Assembly: GCA_013694995.1 (NCBI GenBank)
Contig: JACDBH010000004.1
Location: 128,995 to 192,994, forward strand
Reading direction: 5' to 3'
Length of the DNA stretch: 64,000 bases
From: Candidatus Saccharimonadota bacterium
GTDB lineage: Bacteria; Patescibacteriota; Saccharimonadia; Saccharimonadales; JACDBH01
The notes beneath the pieces are model-generated. The model was not told the origin of the DNA. It ran no database searches and saw nothing but the letters and a program-made list of their open reading frames with translations. Positions 19,936-27,462 of this stretch are shown piece after piece. The first letter of the stretch is position 1, and the number at the start of each line of letters is the position of its first letter. Position numbers and translations under genes: made by a program.

Positions 19936-20019
19936 TGGTGCGCGAGAGAGGACTTGAACCTCCACGCCTTGCGGCACTTGCCCCTCAGACAAGCGTGTCT
20001 ACCATTCCACCACTCGCGC
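19936..20019 (-). tRNA. tRNA-Leu(GAG)
   Basis: GCGCGAG/CTCGCGC-ACCA, anticodon arm cttgt-ctGAGgg-gcaag, GGTTCAAGTCC. Confidence 0.95.
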
Positions 20020-20077
20020 GTTTGTAAAGCCATAAAATTATAACATCGCAGGGGTATAATAAAAACATAAGAAGAGA

Positions 20078-20094
20078 GGGTGATGAGGGACTCG
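20078..20094 (-). repeat. 17-bp direct duplication of tRNA-Val 3' end
   Basis: gggtgatgagggactcg at 20078-20094 and 20303-20319. Confidence 0.75.
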
Positions 20095-20298
20095 CCTCGC
20101 TGTCAAATCAAAATAGGGACTCGCATGTTGATATATAAATAAAACCTTGCAAGCAAGTATTATTTGCATCCCTGATAAATCAGGGTGCCATAGGAAAACA
20201 TGAACAGCCACTGTCTGTTCATACCCGCCGACCCTAGGCGTCGGCAGTACGAGTCCATACACCAAATTAAAAACCGGCCTTACAGCCGGTGCTTAATT

Positions 20299-20375
20299 TG
20301 GTGGGTGATGAGGGACTCGAACCCCCGACCCTCTCGGTGTAAACGAGATGCTCTAGCCAACTGAGCTAATCACCC
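20299..20375 (-). tRNA. tRNA-Val(TAC)
   Basis: GGGTGAT/ATCACCC-ACCA, tctcg-ttTACac-cgaga, GGTTCGAGTCC. Confidence 0.95.
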
Positions 20376-20439
20376 CTAGTTTATATCAATAGGCTCGGGA
20401 GATAGTAGCATACCCAGAGACAATTTTAAAGTGTTATTG

Positions 20440-21423
20440 CTAGTGCAAAGCTTTGTTTGCGCGTTCAGAAATTAGCTTTCCTATTTTCTTTGCTCGTGCT
20501 ATACCGGTTAGCCGATCAGACTCGTAGACTGTTGTTACTCGCGCGAGTCCAGCAGTCTCGCCCGCGATCCATTCCATACATTCATGTATACTGGTTTCTG
20601 TTTTAGCTCGGACAGATAAGAGTTCGCCTATTGTTAAGAATTTATGTCCTTTCGGTGCCTCCAGCCATACAGACACTGGTAATATGCGATCAAATAGTAA
20701 AAGAAGATTGGCCGTACCGGAACTCATCCTCTGTAAGGTAAGGCCTGTTAGATCGTCAAATTTATAATTCCTTTCATCAGTTGAGCCACTTGGAGCAATG
20801 GCAACCATTTTACCGCCTTCTTCAATGTACTGCTGGAGTGCGTTTAGCATGATGGCATTTTCTTCCTGCGCAATGTCATTATCAATACCGGAACGAAAGA
20901 TAGACTTTGAACGGGGTATGCTAAAAAATGTATGTCCCAAATAACTAAGTACTGAACTAGCAGGCAGCCCAAATGCTTCAAGGCGGGTAAGGATCTTGCT
21001 CACCACAATAGCGTTACGTTTTATATATTTTTCGTCACCAAGTGCGCACACAAGTGCTGCCTGCACAATTGGGATATCTTCTAATTTGCCGTGGTTTGTA
21101 ATGAGGGCAATATTTTTGCCTTCCACCAGATCCGTACGTATATTATTGAGTAAATCTGTGCGTGCTTCAAATACCTCCACCATTCTTTCAAATCTATCCG
21201 GGTAGCGGTTGCCAAGAGCCGACGAAGCGTATAAACGGATCGTGTCAAAATTAGTATCGGGTGAGATCGGGTTCATCACATGAGACAAGCGCTGATCGTC
21301 ATGATTAACGGGATCGTAATTCATAAGAACCAAGCCCAGATCACCGCCCTCGTGCTTTTGACCCAAACGCGTTAGTTCGTCATGCAGTGCGACCTCCGAG
21401 TCTAGTGCCCTGTCTCGCTCCAT
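20440..21423 (-). CDS. putative lysophospholipid/glycerol-phosphate acyltransferase (PlsC/LPLAT-like)
   Basis: ITNHGKLED (HX4D), FFSIPR, IAPSGS and ILPVSV resemble acyltransferase blocks I-IV. Confidence 0.6.
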   Translation of the reverse strand: MERDRALDSEVALHDELTRLGQKHEGGDLGLVLMNYDPVNHDDQRLSHVMNPISPDTNFDTIRLYASSALGNRYPDRFERMVEVFEARTDLLNNIRTDLVEGKNIALITNHGKLEDIPIVQAALVCALGDEKYIKRNAIVVSKILTRLEAFGLPASSVLSYLGHTFFSIPRSKSIFRSGIDNDIAQEENAIMLNALQQYIEEGGKMVAIAPSGSTDERNYKFDDLTGLTLQRMSSGTANLLLLFDRILPVSVWLEAPKGHKFLTIGELLSVRAKTETSIHECMEWIAGETAGLARVTTVYESDRLTGIARAKKIGKLISERANKALH

Positions 21424-21511
21424 ATTAGTGATATTAGCACTATAATGAAATAAATTCAGCCGGGTCTCTTGTATTAAATGTAAGCTACTTTACAGGCATG
21501 GAATTGCTGTT

Positions 21512-21901
21512 TTGGTAAACTCCAATCAGAATAAGGAGCTATCTATGTCTAACATACATGTAAAGACAGCCGCAATTAATCTACGTAGGGCAGTAAATGA
21601 TCTTGAAACTGAGCGCAAACAACTTGAGGCAGATCTCTCTAAGCAGCTAAAAGACATAGATTCTAAGCGCAACAATTTGAGTTATTTAGAAAAACAGCGA
21701 ATTGGAAAAATAAGCCAGACAGATGACCAAGCCGCACAAACACAAAGTTTGGTTATGGCCGAGCGTATGCATAACGAATCCAAAGATCTCGAAAATCAAA
21801 TTGCCCAAATCAAAAATGAGGCAAGCCAACGAACTGCAAGTATAGACAGCCAGATTGCATCGTATAGCGGCCTGGCCAACCAACTAGAGATGCAGGCTTG
21901 A
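21512..21901 (+). CDS. coiled-coil hypothetical protein (likely start ATG 21545)
   Basis: SD TAAGGAG before ATG at 21545; heptad-rich helical sequence. Confidence 0.7.
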   Translation: MVNSNQNKELSMSNIHVKTAAINLRRAVNDLETERKQLEADLSKQLKDIDSKRNNLSYLEKQRIGKISQTDDQAAQTQSLVMAERMHNESKDLENQIAQIKNEASQRTASIDSQIASYSGLANQLEMQA

Positions 21902-21985
21902 GGTAATAAAGCTTTTCGCGTAATATACAGGGGTCTCGCATCCACTTTTTTAAACCAAGAACTCGTTATGTTTGAAAAAGTGAAA

Positions 21986-22070
21986 GGAGATGACTTGGTG
22001 AAGTTACTAATGATACCGGTCAAACTTGTTTTGCCGGTGACATAGTAACTGCACCATTACACATCGACGC
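21986..22070 (+). repeat. tRNA 5'-leader structured element, copy before tRNA-Phe
   Basis: tggtg/cacca, gttac/gtaac, accgg/ccggt stems, CAAACTTGTTTTG apex and ttacacatcgacgc tail abutting tRNA +1. Confidence 0.82.
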
Positions 22071-22146
22071 GGCTCTTTAGCTCAGTTGGTAGAGCAGAGG
22101 CCTGAAGAGCCTTGTGTCCCCAGTTCGAGTCTGGGAGGAGCCACCA
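22071..22146 (+). tRNA. tRNA-Phe(GAA)
   Basis: GGCTCTT/AGGAGCC-ACCA, gaggc-ctGAAga-gcctt, AGTTCGAGTCT. Confidence 0.95.
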
Positions 22147-22185
22147 AATAAAAACCCCACCCTCCGTGGGGTTTTTATTTGGTGG
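22141..22185 (+). terminator. terminator hairpin whose 20-bp arms include the tRNA CCACCA end
   Basis: ccaccaaataaaaaccccac / gtggggtttttatttggtgg perfect inverted repeat. Confidence 0.75.
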
Positions 22186-22364
22186 TACTCACAACTAGAA
22201 TATGCCGAAGGCAGTTCGCTAATTGCACGATTAGTGCAATTATATGCAGAACCCTAGAAATCAATCCTTTGAAAAATAGATTTCTAGGAGTGAAGCTATA
22301 TTCTGGGAGGGTATAACTTGTCTGTAATGTCATTTTTAGGTATAATCCTCCCTGTTCTTATACC

Positions 22365-22479
22365 AAATTTGCGAGAGAATTCGCGAATTTGAGAGGAGAC
22401 GGCTTGGCGATATTGCCAGGATTGCCGAGCAAACTTGTTTTGGCGGTAATACGGCAAAAACGCCATCACACGTCGACGA
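22365..22479 (+). repeat. tRNA 5'-leader structured element, copy before tRNA-Gly fragment
   Basis: aaatttgcga/tcgcgaattt hairpin, then tggcg/cgcca, ttgcc/ggcaa, CAAACTTGTTTTG apex and tcacacgtcgacga tail; TATAAT at 22341. Confidence 0.82.
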
Positions 22480-22613
22480 GCGGGTGTAGCTCAGTTGTTT
22501 AGAGTGAGGCCCGCTTGTGGCGGGCCGCAAGGCAAACTTCTGATGAAAACTTGTTTTCAATCATGAAGTTGCGGGGTCGCGGGAACGTGACCTTACTTGC
22601 CAGGCCAAGGAAG
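22480..22613 (+). pseudogene. interrupted tRNA-Gly(GCC) copy: 5' 25 nt, inserted element, anticodon-arm remnant
   Basis: gcgggtgtagctcagttgtttagag identical to 22662-22686, then the 22504-22589 element, then cttgccaggccaaggaag. Confidence 0.75.
22504..22589 (+). repeat. tRNA-associated ~86-nt structured element, copy 2
   Basis: gtgag-gcccgc/gcgggc-cgcaagg-caaacttc...gaagttg-cggggt-cgcgggaacgtg. Confidence 0.8.
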
Positions 22614-22661
22614 CTTTCGTAAGTAACATGATGTACCTTACAATACGAACGAACCAAACAT

Positions 22662-22738
22662 GCGGGTGTAGCTCAGTTGTTTAGAGCGCTTCCTTGCCAA
22701 GGAAGAGGTCGAGAGTTAGAGTCTCTTCACCCGCACCA
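22662..22738 (+). tRNA. tRNA-Gly(GCC), probable integration site
   Basis: GCGGGTG/CACCCGC-ACCA, cttcc-ttGCCaa-ggaag; atypical T-loop TTAGAGT; 3' part overlapped antisense by the recombinase ORF end. Confidence 0.88.
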
Positions 22739-24272
22739 AATGGGACTTATCTGTAATGGATAGGTCTTTTTTATTGCCCGCCAATCTGATGAGCTCGCTT
22801 ATTTCGGGGGTGTAAACATTTTTGTTGGCATCCAGCCTAAAACCAGCAGGGAAAACGATTTGTTTAAACCTCAACCTGTTTTCATGTGGTGTCAGGGGGT
22901 CTAGGAACTTTTGGCTCGTGTCACCCACAAAGCCAAAGGCAAACTTTAAGAACCGTTCGTAGTCATCCTCGGCTTTACGAGTGAGCCTGTGCAGTTGGTC
23001 TTCAATGTCTTCAGCTTCCTGTTTTCGTTTAGCTATGTTTGTAAGTATGTCGGACTTAATAGCGGCATTCTCGGGGTCTGTGGCTGCTTCAACCTGTTGG
23101 CTAATACTCTCCTGTAGGCTGGCTAGCTTGTGTCGTAGACGTACAGCCTCTTGCTGGTTCTCGCTCTCACGGCGTTTCCAGACAATATCAAGTGCTTTTG
23201 TGAGGTCAGATACACCAGCATCGGTAATAGGGTTGTTCCTAAGCTGCTTAGTAATTTTATCGTGCATTTCGCCACGGGCTAAGGCGCGCTTACAGGCACG
23301 GCACCTGTACTTTTCGTATATCTTAGGGCTTTTCCCGTTCGTTATGTCCACGCCTACAATGCGGTTGTACTGTTTACCCTCACAAACATCACAGTGAATT
23401 ATGTTGTTGAGGGGGTACTTAGGATTGCCGTTTTTGCGGGGACCAGTTTGGTTTTTCTGCTTCCCTCCAAATATACGCAACAGTTCATGGTGCTGTTCAA
23501 GGGTGATAAGCGGTTCGTGCAGCCCGTTAAGGTTATGGACTTTAACTTGTTTATCAATTGCAACACCGCCAGCGTAATAGATGTCGGTGGCTATCTTACG
23601 AAACTTGTCCATTTTATACAGGGAATGTCCTCTCATGAACTCGCTACTGTTAAGGTTTATCAAGCCCTGGGTTGGCGTGACCCGCTTGGTGACTATATCA
23701 AGCAATACCTTCCTTAGAGCCTGCCCACGCACAGGGTGAGGCTTGTGGATGCCACGTTCATCACCTCGCATGTAGCCTGGCTTAGGGCAAAACGTGTAGC
23801 GACCCTCTTGCAGGGCTTTTGTTTGACCGTTAATTGACTTACGTTGCCGTTCCTCGTTGCTACCTTCAGCAGATAGGTACTTGGTAAACTTGAGTAGCTT
23901 GGCTGCAAGGTCACCTTTGTTTAGCTCAGCGTCTGAGGCGTACCAGACTGTTACCCCTAACTGGCGAAAAGTGACTTCAAAAAACGCAGCTTCATCAATT
24001 GACCGCATAAATCTATCTGGTTCGTCTACAATAATGTACTTAATGCGCTTATCTTTTTTGCAGCGTACTATCATTTGGTTTAGGTCTTTACGGTCTACGT
24101 TCGTACCCCGCTTGCTTGAGACGCTGCCAGACCACCAGCAGTCATCAGGTATCATTACGCCTAATTCATTAGCCGCTTTTAATACAACTTCTCTCTGACG
24201 ATTAAGACTGTTATTCTCCAGTTGCTCGGTACTAGAGACTCTGCACAGTGCTATGGCGAGATGCTTAGGCAT
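22716..24272 (-). CDS. large serine recombinase (resolvase, recombinase, Zn-ribbon and coiled-coil domains)
   Basis: ALCRVSSTEQ catalytic Ser motif, DEPDRFMRS, HEPLIT, CDVC...YRCRAC. Confidence 0.93.
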   Translation of the reverse strand: MPKHLAIALCRVSSTEQLENNSLNRQREVVLKAANELGVMIPDDCWWSGSVSSKRGTNVDRKDLNQMIVRCKKDKRIKYIIVDEPDRFMRSIDEAAFFEVTFRQLGVTVWYASDAELNKGDLAAKLLKFTKYLSAEGSNEERQRKSINGQTKALQEGRYTFCPKPGYMRGDERGIHKPHPVRGQALRKVLLDIVTKRVTPTQGLINLNSSEFMRGHSLYKMDKFRKIATDIYYAGGVAIDKQVKVHNLNGLHEPLITLEQHHELLRIFGGKQKNQTGPRKNGNPKYPLNNIIHCDVCEGKQYNRIVGVDITNGKSPKIYEKYRCRACKRALARGEMHDKITKQLRNNPITDAGVSDLTKALDIVWKRRESENQQEAVRLRHKLASLQESISQQVEAATDPENAAIKSDILTNIAKRKQEAEDIEDQLHRLTRKAEDDYERFLKFAFGFVGDTSQKFLDPLTPHENRLRFKQIVFPAGFRLDANKNVYTPEISELIRLAGNKKDLSITDKSHLVRVKRL

Positions 24273-24355
24273 GATTACCCCTTACTAATACAAGAGGGAG
24301 CTTCTCGGACAAGGTCAATGCACGACCTAAAGAAGCTCCCGCTAGTAATAATAAA

Positions 24356-24517
24356 TTAGTTAGTCTCGGTAGATTGTGCATTGTTTTGTCCATCCTCTAT
24401 TGTACCTTTTTCCCTCTGTTCTTCCTCTTTGTACATATCATAAATCAGCTCTGCTAGTGCCAGAGCGTCCTTCTTTCTTGCCTCTTTGGTGGTAAGTGGT
24501 AGCTTGGAATACGACAT
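24356..24517 (-). CDS. 53-aa protein immediately upstream of the recombinase
   Basis: Manual translation MSYSKLPLTTKEARKKDALALAELIYDMYKEEEQREKGTIEDGQNNAQSTETN; below the ORF-track cutoff. Confidence 0.55.
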   Translation of the reverse strand: MSYSKLPLTTKEARKKDALALAELIYDMYKEEEQREKGTIEDGQNNAQSTETN

Positions 24518-24675
24518 TGGAGCGTTTCTGCTCCAGGAAAATAAAAAAGCCCTGGAGTCTTACCCACTTCCAGGGACGTGTCAGCTACATTTACTTTGAT
24601 GGGGCTGTTGAAGTTATTATACCACTATTTGCCAGACACAATCTAGGTAGTGATACAGAGGTGATATAATTGCAA

Positions 24676-24836
24676 CAAGTGGTAAATCCACTCAGACCTA
24701 AACCACAGCTTTAGCAGTGGCATGGTTGATAAAACCTACGTAAATGCAATCCCGTCATTGGGTATCTATTTACGTAGGTCATAACTGGAAACGGTTGTGG
24801 CGGCTTCGGTCGCGTCTCAGTGGCGGGTTTTTATTT
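24676..24836 (+). ncRNA. candidate multibranched structured RNA / leader
   Basis: Extended -10 TGaTATAAT at 24662-24670; closing stem ccactcagac/gtctcagtgg; 12-bp stem acctacgtaaat/atttacgtaggt; GAAA and cUUCGg tetraloop hairpins; T-rich end. Confidence 0.6.
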
Positions 24837-24866
24837 TGACCGCTGCTTATAACAAGGAGCATCGTA

Positions 24867-25028
24867 ATGGGCAAAGTCATTAAAAAGATAATTGTATGGG
24901 TCGTAATACTGTTAGGCATAACTCAGGTAGTCGCGGGTGAACCGCCTGTAAAGGCAGTGGGTGTGGTGTTGATACTGGCAATGATTTTCTGGGATAATGC
25001 AGGACGCTTGAAGAAGAAAAATGACTAA
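24867..25028 (+). CDS. 53-aa two-TM membrane protein
   Basis: SD AAGGAG; MGKVIKKIIVWVVILLGITQVVAGEPPVKAVGVVLILAMIFWDNAGRLKKKND; overlaps next start. Confidence 0.6.
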   Translation: MGKVIKKIIVWVVILLGITQVVAGEPPVKAVGVVLILAMIFWDNAGRLKKKND

Positions 25029-25455
25029 CAATAACGGCTGGAATATATCACCTGAACAGAGAGCTGCTGAAGCCAAAGATGTTGCGTCTCAAAAGAAAAT
25101 CAAGATTGCTTACGTGGTTATCCTGGCTGCAATACTCATCCCGCTATTACTTTTCAATAGCCCGTATAGTCCTCTCCATAAAGAGAGTAGTGTTAGCTAT
25201 GGCATGAGCCGCGAACAGGTAGACCGTATGAAGGCACAAGACCTTATTGATAATGACGATGTAGATATCTTTCTTGAATCATGCGAGGAAAACACATCCG
25301 AGAAGACCAGAGAAGCTATGGCAAAGCGGTGCGGGTGCGAGTTCAATGTCCTGGCAAATGTAGCCGAAACGTATAACAAGAAGTTCAGTGATGTAATATC
25401 AGACTCAGATACGGCAGTACTTTTGCTTGTCAAAGAGCGATGCCCTGCAACTTAG
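25021..25455 (+). CDS. hypothetical single-pass membrane protein, Cys-containing
   Basis: TM segment IAYVVILAAILIPLLLF; C..CGC..C pattern. Confidence 0.7.
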   Translation: MTNNNGWNISPEQRAAEAKDVASQKKIKIAYVVILAAILIPLLLFNSPYSPLHKESSVSYGMSREQVDRMKAQDLIDNDDVDIFLESCEENTSEKTREAMAKRCGCEFNVLANVAETYNKKFSDVISDSDTAVLLLVKERCPAT

Positions 25456-25729
25456 GAGAGTAGAGACAGTGACCAACAAAAACATTAGGGCTACAGATGA
25501 TTATGAAGATGAGCTTAAACTTGCCAAGGAATTGTTCTTCAAGGCGTGTAAACTTGGCTTTGAAACTAATAAGCTCACGGTAGGGTTAATCCAAAGAAGA
25601 CTACAAATAACTTACATGATGGCTATGTTTTTACTGAATGAAATAGAGAGACGAAATATTGCAGCTCGTGTAGGAGATACATACATATTTAGAATGTGTG
25701 TAAAAAGTATTGAAGACTGTAAGTGGTAA
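25427..25729 (+). CDS. stand-alone FtsK-gamma-like winged-helix protein (likely start GTG 25469)
   Basis: LIQRRLQITYMMAMFLLNEIERRNI resembles the FtsK gamma consensus LQRRLRIGYNRAARLIEQLE; AGGAG upstream of GTG. Confidence 0.55.
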   Translation: MSKSDALQLRRVETVTNKNIRATDDYEDELKLAKELFFKACKLGFETNKLTVGLIQRRLQITYMMAMFLLNEIERRNIAARVGDTYIFRMCVKSIEDCKW

Positions 25730-25803
25730 CCACTACTGCGCTTCAGTTGCGATTAAAAGTTAAGTGCACTTATTTAACCATGCTGATGATATATTAAAAG
25801 CAT

Positions 25804-26508
25804 ATGGGACGCTCAGGTATTTTAGCTTCAATATTTCTAAGACCCTTATCAAAGTTAGGTAAGCCCTCGCAGCCTGATATAAAGGTTACTTTTACGTTCC
25901 ATCCCATTGTTTGTAAGGCTGAATACTGGTGCCGCAAAGAATCAATGCTTGGTGACGAGTGGATGATAACTACCTTCGCTTATTATCTGGGTAGGTATCT
26001 CAGTATTTGCGATGACCGACAGCGCGAGATGATGGCAGAGTTACTTTCTGAACTTTTCAATGTTAAAGATGAGAAGGATATGCATATCCTGGCAGAACTC
26101 TGTTACGAAAATCTGCTCCCAACACTTACGGATGATGAAAGAAAAGCGGCTGCTGGACTTTTCGGTATGTTCCCACCCGTACGCCTTTACTATCAGAATA
26201 GGAATATGGAAGTACCTGATGAAAAATTTAGCACTTATATTTATCAGATGGTTATGACATCTAAAGGCATGCAAACCCATTTAGAATTGGGCGTAGCTGA
26301 TATGATATTGTTTCCGCTCTCAGTAGTACATCTTTATACGTTCGTGTCTGGTGAAGCATCTACGAAAAACAGTCGTTTATTATCAGAACTGTCCAATGAG
26401 ATACTCCTTGATTATTACAACAACGACCAGCCGCTAAGCTGGATGCATGCTGGTATCAATAAGATGTTGAAAAAGTATCCTCAAATCGTTGAGAAACTCA
26501 AAAAATAA
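25804..26508 (+). CDS. hypothetical protein
   Basis: 234-aa ORF, no recognised motif. Confidence 0.7.
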   Translation: MGRSGILASIFLRPLSKLGKPSQPDIKVTFTFHPIVCKAEYWCRKESMLGDEWMITTFAYYLGRYLSICDDRQREMMAELLSELFNVKDEKDMHILAELCYENLLPTLTDDERKAAAGLFGMFPPVRLYYQNRNMEVPDEKFSTYIYQMVMTSKGMQTHLELGVADMILFPLSVVHLYTFVSGEASTKNSRLLSELSNEILLDYYNNDQPLSWMHAGINKMLKKYPQIVEKLKK

Positions 26509-26649
26509 TCCTACTTTTTAAGGGGGTACGTACACGGAAGGGTATATTCCCTCAGCCTATATAGGTGTATGGGTACCCTTATCGTTTCTGGGGGTGGGGG
26601 GTGTCCCTGGCTATATTTGCAGCCCTGGTGTTTCATAATTCAAATAGGC

Positions 26650-27210
26650 TTAGTCAGCTATTTTTTGGGCTTGGCTACCTTGTACTTCGCCAAGTTCGCC
26701 TGGAGTCCCTGGTGTATCTGCTTTGGGGTTTTGCCCTTCGTTGAAATGAGGGTGATTAGTCGTTTCATAAGTCTGATTATACTCTCCAGTGGTGTAATGG
26801 GGTCTGTAAGTTATCACCTCAGGCTCACTACCAACCGTGATAACTACAGTCTGCTGTTGCTGAGTAATATCTACTTGAGTGCGTAGCATACCGTAGTGTT
26901 TCATCATCAGCTCAATAGCTTTTAGCCTTGCCGAAGGACGCATGTCAGTATCCTCTATGAAGGTTTTGAGTGTTGCTAATATCCTCTCGGGTGTAAAGTG
27001 GCGCGCGTTAGTAGCCTCGTACTGTCTTAACCAGCCTGGCTTCGTTCTGGATAGCTCTCGTGCTGTGTGGTGACTAAAGCCACTGGTAATAGCAGATTGA
27101 TAGCAGTTGCCAAAGGACGGGCTTTTGGGATTAAAGTAGCAATCAATAAACCTCTGCTGCCTAGGATTATTTATTACTGACGATACGTTTAGCAATCGGT
27201 TCGTAGCCAT
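26650..27210 (-). CDS. terminase small subunit-like protein
   Basis: NPRQQRFIDCY...GNCYQSAITSGFS HTH pattern and RLKAIELMMK motif; SD GGAGG. Confidence 0.68.
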   Translation of the reverse strand: MATNRLLNVSSVINNPRQQRFIDCYFNPKSPSFGNCYQSAITSGFSHHTARELSRTKPGWLRQYEATNARHFTPERILATLKTFIEDTDMRPSARLKAIELMMKHYGMLRTQVDITQQQQTVVITVGSEPEVITYRPHYTTGEYNQTYETTNHPHFNEGQNPKADTPGTPGELGEVQGSQAQKIAD

Positions 27211-27462
27211 TGCTTCCTCCTATAAGTATTATATTTATCTTTCGGCTTTGTGTATATTGCAGGGTTTCTATAAGGCTGTTTAATGGGTAAGGTGTAGGGC
27301 ATTGTGGCGGGGTTCAAGGTTAGGTGATAGTTGAGGATGTAACTCCCAGCTCTTACCTTGATAACAAGTACTCCTTATAAGGAACTGCCAGGATATCACG
27401 CCAGCGATTGATTTCCACCCCTAGTTCGTGTAACTTTTCGCCCACGTATCGCACCATTGAGG

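Larger units (their letters stand above)
22716..27400. mobile_element. tRNA-Gly-integrated element (phage satellite-like or prophage remnant); right boundary approximate
   Basis: Serine recombinase abutting the tRNA 3' end, small hypothetical cargo, terS-like gene; no direct attR repeat found by eye. Confidence 0.65.

Noticed and set aside
19710..20265. Short ORFs across the tRNA-Leu/Val region, and similar ones at 22336, 40348-40880, 47254 and 60038-60354
   Set aside because: They overlap tRNA genes and structured repeats; treated as spurious
22540..22570. CTGATGA followed by a short stem, resembling a hammerhead ribozyme core
   Set aside because: No GAAA after stem II, and CTGATGA is not conserved in the other two copies of the element
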